Source: Perkinsus chesapeaki ATCC PRA-425 (Eukaryota; Protista; Perkinsozoa). From it: 53,680 nucleotides of DNA. The stretch covers positions 1 through 53,680 of the forward strand of contig JAAPAO010000199.1 in NCBI GenBank assembly GCA_013115145.1. The letters are read 5' to 3'. The notes beneath the pieces were generated by a model. It saw only the letters and a list, made by a program, of their open reading frames with translations. It had not been told where the DNA came from and searched no databases. Numbering within the stretch: the first letter of the stretch is position 1; each line of letters starts with the position of its first letter. Shown one piece after another: positions 50,482-53,680 of the stretch. The position numbers were made by a program, and so were the translations under genes.

Positions 50482-52278
50482 TTAACATACCGTAACATAC
50501 TTATCAAAACATCTACCATCAACATCTGCCTTTTTACCACTCATCCACAATGACGTTACATTCTCACTTGTACTGTTAATTGCTTTAAGCTTACCAAGTG
50601 CTAGTCGAAGATCGAGAGGCAAAGGAACGTAGACATCAACCACGGAATCTAAGGGCATCAAGGGATGACATAATTAATATACATCAGACAACATTGGAAC
50701 GGTTCAACATAACGACCGAAACCACCACACAGGATAGCATTTCACGTCCAAAAGGCAACACTGTTAATTTTGCATGCAGGAGAGGATTACCATTATCATC
50801 AACAACATCCATCGGTTGAGTATAACAAAGTCTGTAGCTATGCAGGAACGTTCGAGGGCACCAAAGCCTATCCGTGGCACATATCGCTTTAGCAGCTTCC
50901 GGGTCTGTTGGGTTGCCATACTTTGGATCACAAACTAGAGGATGACCGATGTGGGCGAGATGTACCCTAAAATGGTGAGATATAGCAGCCTGCCGATGGC
51001 ATACCTTATCTGATGAGTCCTTCCAGTATGCAACTTGACCACAACTAGGGAGTACTCCCCACCGGAACTGATGATATAAATAGAACAAACGAATAGGCCA
51101 ATGCTGCAACTACTCATCGGTATAATGGGCAACAGGCACAGCCTCGGTTAGGGAGGGTTTGCCATCTGGAGCGACAACACATGTGGTGCTGTAAGACTGA
51201 CCGTTGTCAAGCGTCGACTTGAGGATCTGTAATGCCATTCACGAACAAGTTCACGAATAACACCATTGCCTTGATTCTGTCACTGATGATTTGTTTCTCA
51301 CCAATGGTGCCCATATGGCCTTTAACCAAGGTAACATACTCCTTATCAATCTGATCACCAACTCTTGACAAGAGCCTTTTCCCTCCTTACCTGATGCGAG
51401 CAAAAGACCAGTCTTCCCATATAGAATCCTTTATAGGAATGTGCCAGCAGTAACGGCCCACTAGTGCCGACATCCAAGCGATGAAGTATGCCATAAGCAT
51501 GGTGTCTATCCCTTGCTATAGGATAACCAGGGTATGCCTCCTCAACCCATTCCTACAACCATATAGCCAACTTTATTTTATATTCTTACCTGCAGGCCTG
51601 ATGCGTTACCATTACTAGTTACCGTCCTAGTAGCCTCCTCCCCCTCGGTGTCATCGGATACCTCTTCCTCAGCCGACCCTGCTATTGCCGAGGTCACCGA
51701 GACATGCCTGAGCATGATCCATCCGACCAATATGAGTTGGAGTCTATCACCAATGGGCTGGTTTCCAGATAACACTGAGATGCCTAGTTTCATGCAGCAC
51801 CTTCAATTGAAACAGTATCAAATGTCAAAACGATAACTGCCCCTACAGCCGGGACAGTAGTGTCCATTTCATCCATATTAACAGGCTGTGGCCGTTCCCC
51901 TGTACCACGACCTTTGGCTTCATCCTTTTTATTGCCAAGTTGTCTTACTCTATCCAAGCAGGCTTCGTAGAGCTCCTTATCGAGTCTGTATGGTAATGGC
52001 TACACCCTTCTCGTGGACCTACCTCTTTGCAGTCGAATATGCCCACACAAGACTAAAGAGATGATTCGCCTCGAAGTCCTTCATCCTGTTTAAGGATTCA
52101 TCCCTAAGTACCTGAACGAATGCTACCTGATCGATTAACATAATGGTCATCAATGGAGTACGTCAAATAGTTCAATGACGGCTTGAGGAGGCTCCTTCTT
52201 CTCAAGTGTGGCAAATGTACGGTAAAGGGGTAATAGGCGGGAGATGGAGAGAGGTCGAATGGATTGGAGGGTGAGCAT
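50482..52278 (-). CDS. RluA-family pseudouridine synthase with probable mitochondrial transit peptide
   Basis: VLHETRHLSVIWKPAHW, GILHRLDVGTSG (catalytic Asp), [42 protein letters not shown]; N-terminus MLTLQSIRPLSISRLLPLYRTFAT. Confidence 0.9.
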
Positions 52279-52909
52279 TATGGTGAATTACTGGGTGAAT
52301 TTAAGCCAAGTGATGCAAAGGAAAAATGCGTCATTCTTAGCGGAGCGAAGCGATTCATATTGTGCAGTTTTGTTATCACACTTTGAGCTAACCCTGACGC
52401 GCGCGCTTGTGCTGTTGCTGATGTTGCTGGCACACTAATGAGGTATCTCGTAAAGGCAAATGAAATCTTATAAACAGAAGACTGCGTTACTAGTGGAGGA
52501 CGAGACAGTACACTTTCGATCCGAGCTCAAGCCATGACTATGAAGGTTTTGAGAGCTGCCGGCGGCGTGACAAGGCGACGAGGCTCGGAGCACGAAGACA
52601 GAGTTCACAACGATAGTGACACCAAGCTCGGAAGTATTTATAGTGACCAGCATGACTTCAACCGATGTTCCTTGCTGGCTGTGGATTTTTCATGGGTACA
52701 TGCATGCAAGGTTGATCTCTCTTGCTCACTTTTGCCTCGCGTTCGACCATATGAGCGAATCACAACCCACGTGATACCGCCAGACCACATCATAGCTATG
52801 ATGGAAGCAAGTTGCCCGGTCGGGGACAACACTGAACACAATATTGAGGCTACTACGGGTAGAAGTGGCCACTTGTGACCATGAGATAGAAAACATCATA
52901 TTAAACAAA

Positions 52910-53616
52910 TTATTCGGGTACGTGAGCTCGACGACACGCTGAGGAAGAAGGAGTTGAGCGAAGTGTTAATGAGGTGTCTTACCGATAGATGCATCCAAGG
53001 CAGCTTGTTCGCTACCATACTCGAGAATAGAGAAGTACTTTTCGATTTTTCTACCATTCTCAGACCACCCCGCAACCCAGGAGTGGGGAGGGTTCCACTT
53101 CACCCCCACCACTCCACTTTGCTTTACCGCTGTACCATGTTTACTCGGCACAGCTTCACCACGTATCTCGGCATCTCTGCGACATTCTGAGGAAGTGTGG
53201 TGAAATCAATATGGTCCGATTCTGGTACACCTACTGATTGCTCGTTGCAAAGCCTCCTCGTAGCCATAACGAGAAACGTAGAATGACTTGGTAACTTTCT
53301 TGCCATCCTTCCTGCGCCATTGAGCGCGCCACACAGTATGTCGGCTACTCCAGCTGACCCCGACAACTCCACTCCGACTCGGGCTCTTCTGCGTTCTAGT
53401 TCCAGTTTCAACAGGACTTAATGTCGCACCAGTTGAAGCAGTTTTATGCCCTATTGTGAACGAACGTGCAACAATCACTCTAAGTGTCTTTGTCCATCCG
53501 GCGGTACCTTTAGAAAGTTCTTCATCAACTGTAGAACGGATGTCAGTTCCACTGAGCATCATCCTGGCCAACTCTATATGAGTGCTGTCTACTGCACCAG
53601 GCATGATATTAGCCAT
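52910..53616 (-). CDS. ApiAP2-type transcription factor with two AP2 domains (3 exons)
   Basis: SGVVGVSWSSRHTVWRAQW..GKKVTKSFYVSRYGYEEALQRAIKCRRDAE and SGVVGVKWNPPHSWVAGWSENGRKIEKYFSILEYGSEQAALDASIACRRAH. Confidence 0.88.
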
Positions 53617-53680
53617 TGCCTCCTAAAGATTAATAGTAGGAGGAATAAGTTGATGGAATAGCTACTGGCAGTTTTGCTTG

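Noticed and set aside
52468-52878. ORFs between RluA and AP2
   Set aside because: No recognisable motifs and no consistent splice model.

Overview
Eukaryotic, gene-dense window (about 45% GC by eye) with many short 41-50 nt GT-AG introns. It looks like a perkinsid alveolate (Perkinsus-like); this is inferred from intron size, ApiAP2-type domains and a helical-repeat organellar protein, and the species cannot be fixed. Recognisable genes are a ~18.5 kb minus-strand VPS13, a divergently transcribed ADA2, a mitochondrially targeted RluA-family pseudouridine synthase, and a two-domain ApiAP2 factor. The rest is lineage-specific: two 8-Cys secreted peptides flanking a possible decayed BEL/Pao relic, a tandem pair of secreted-protein genes, at least 7 copies of an unannotated ~100-aa beta-rich module with conserved exon borders, and three further signal-peptide genes. 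The most unusual non-coding signals are (1) antisense tRNA 3' fragments sitting 0-9 nt from 5' splice sites in five introns, (2) a dispersed GCGGAGCGAAGCG element shared by introns of unrelated genes (introner-like), and (3) two adjacent perfect palindromes built on CCAAAC. All gene models were spliced by eye, so exon boundaries and especially 3' ends are approximate.
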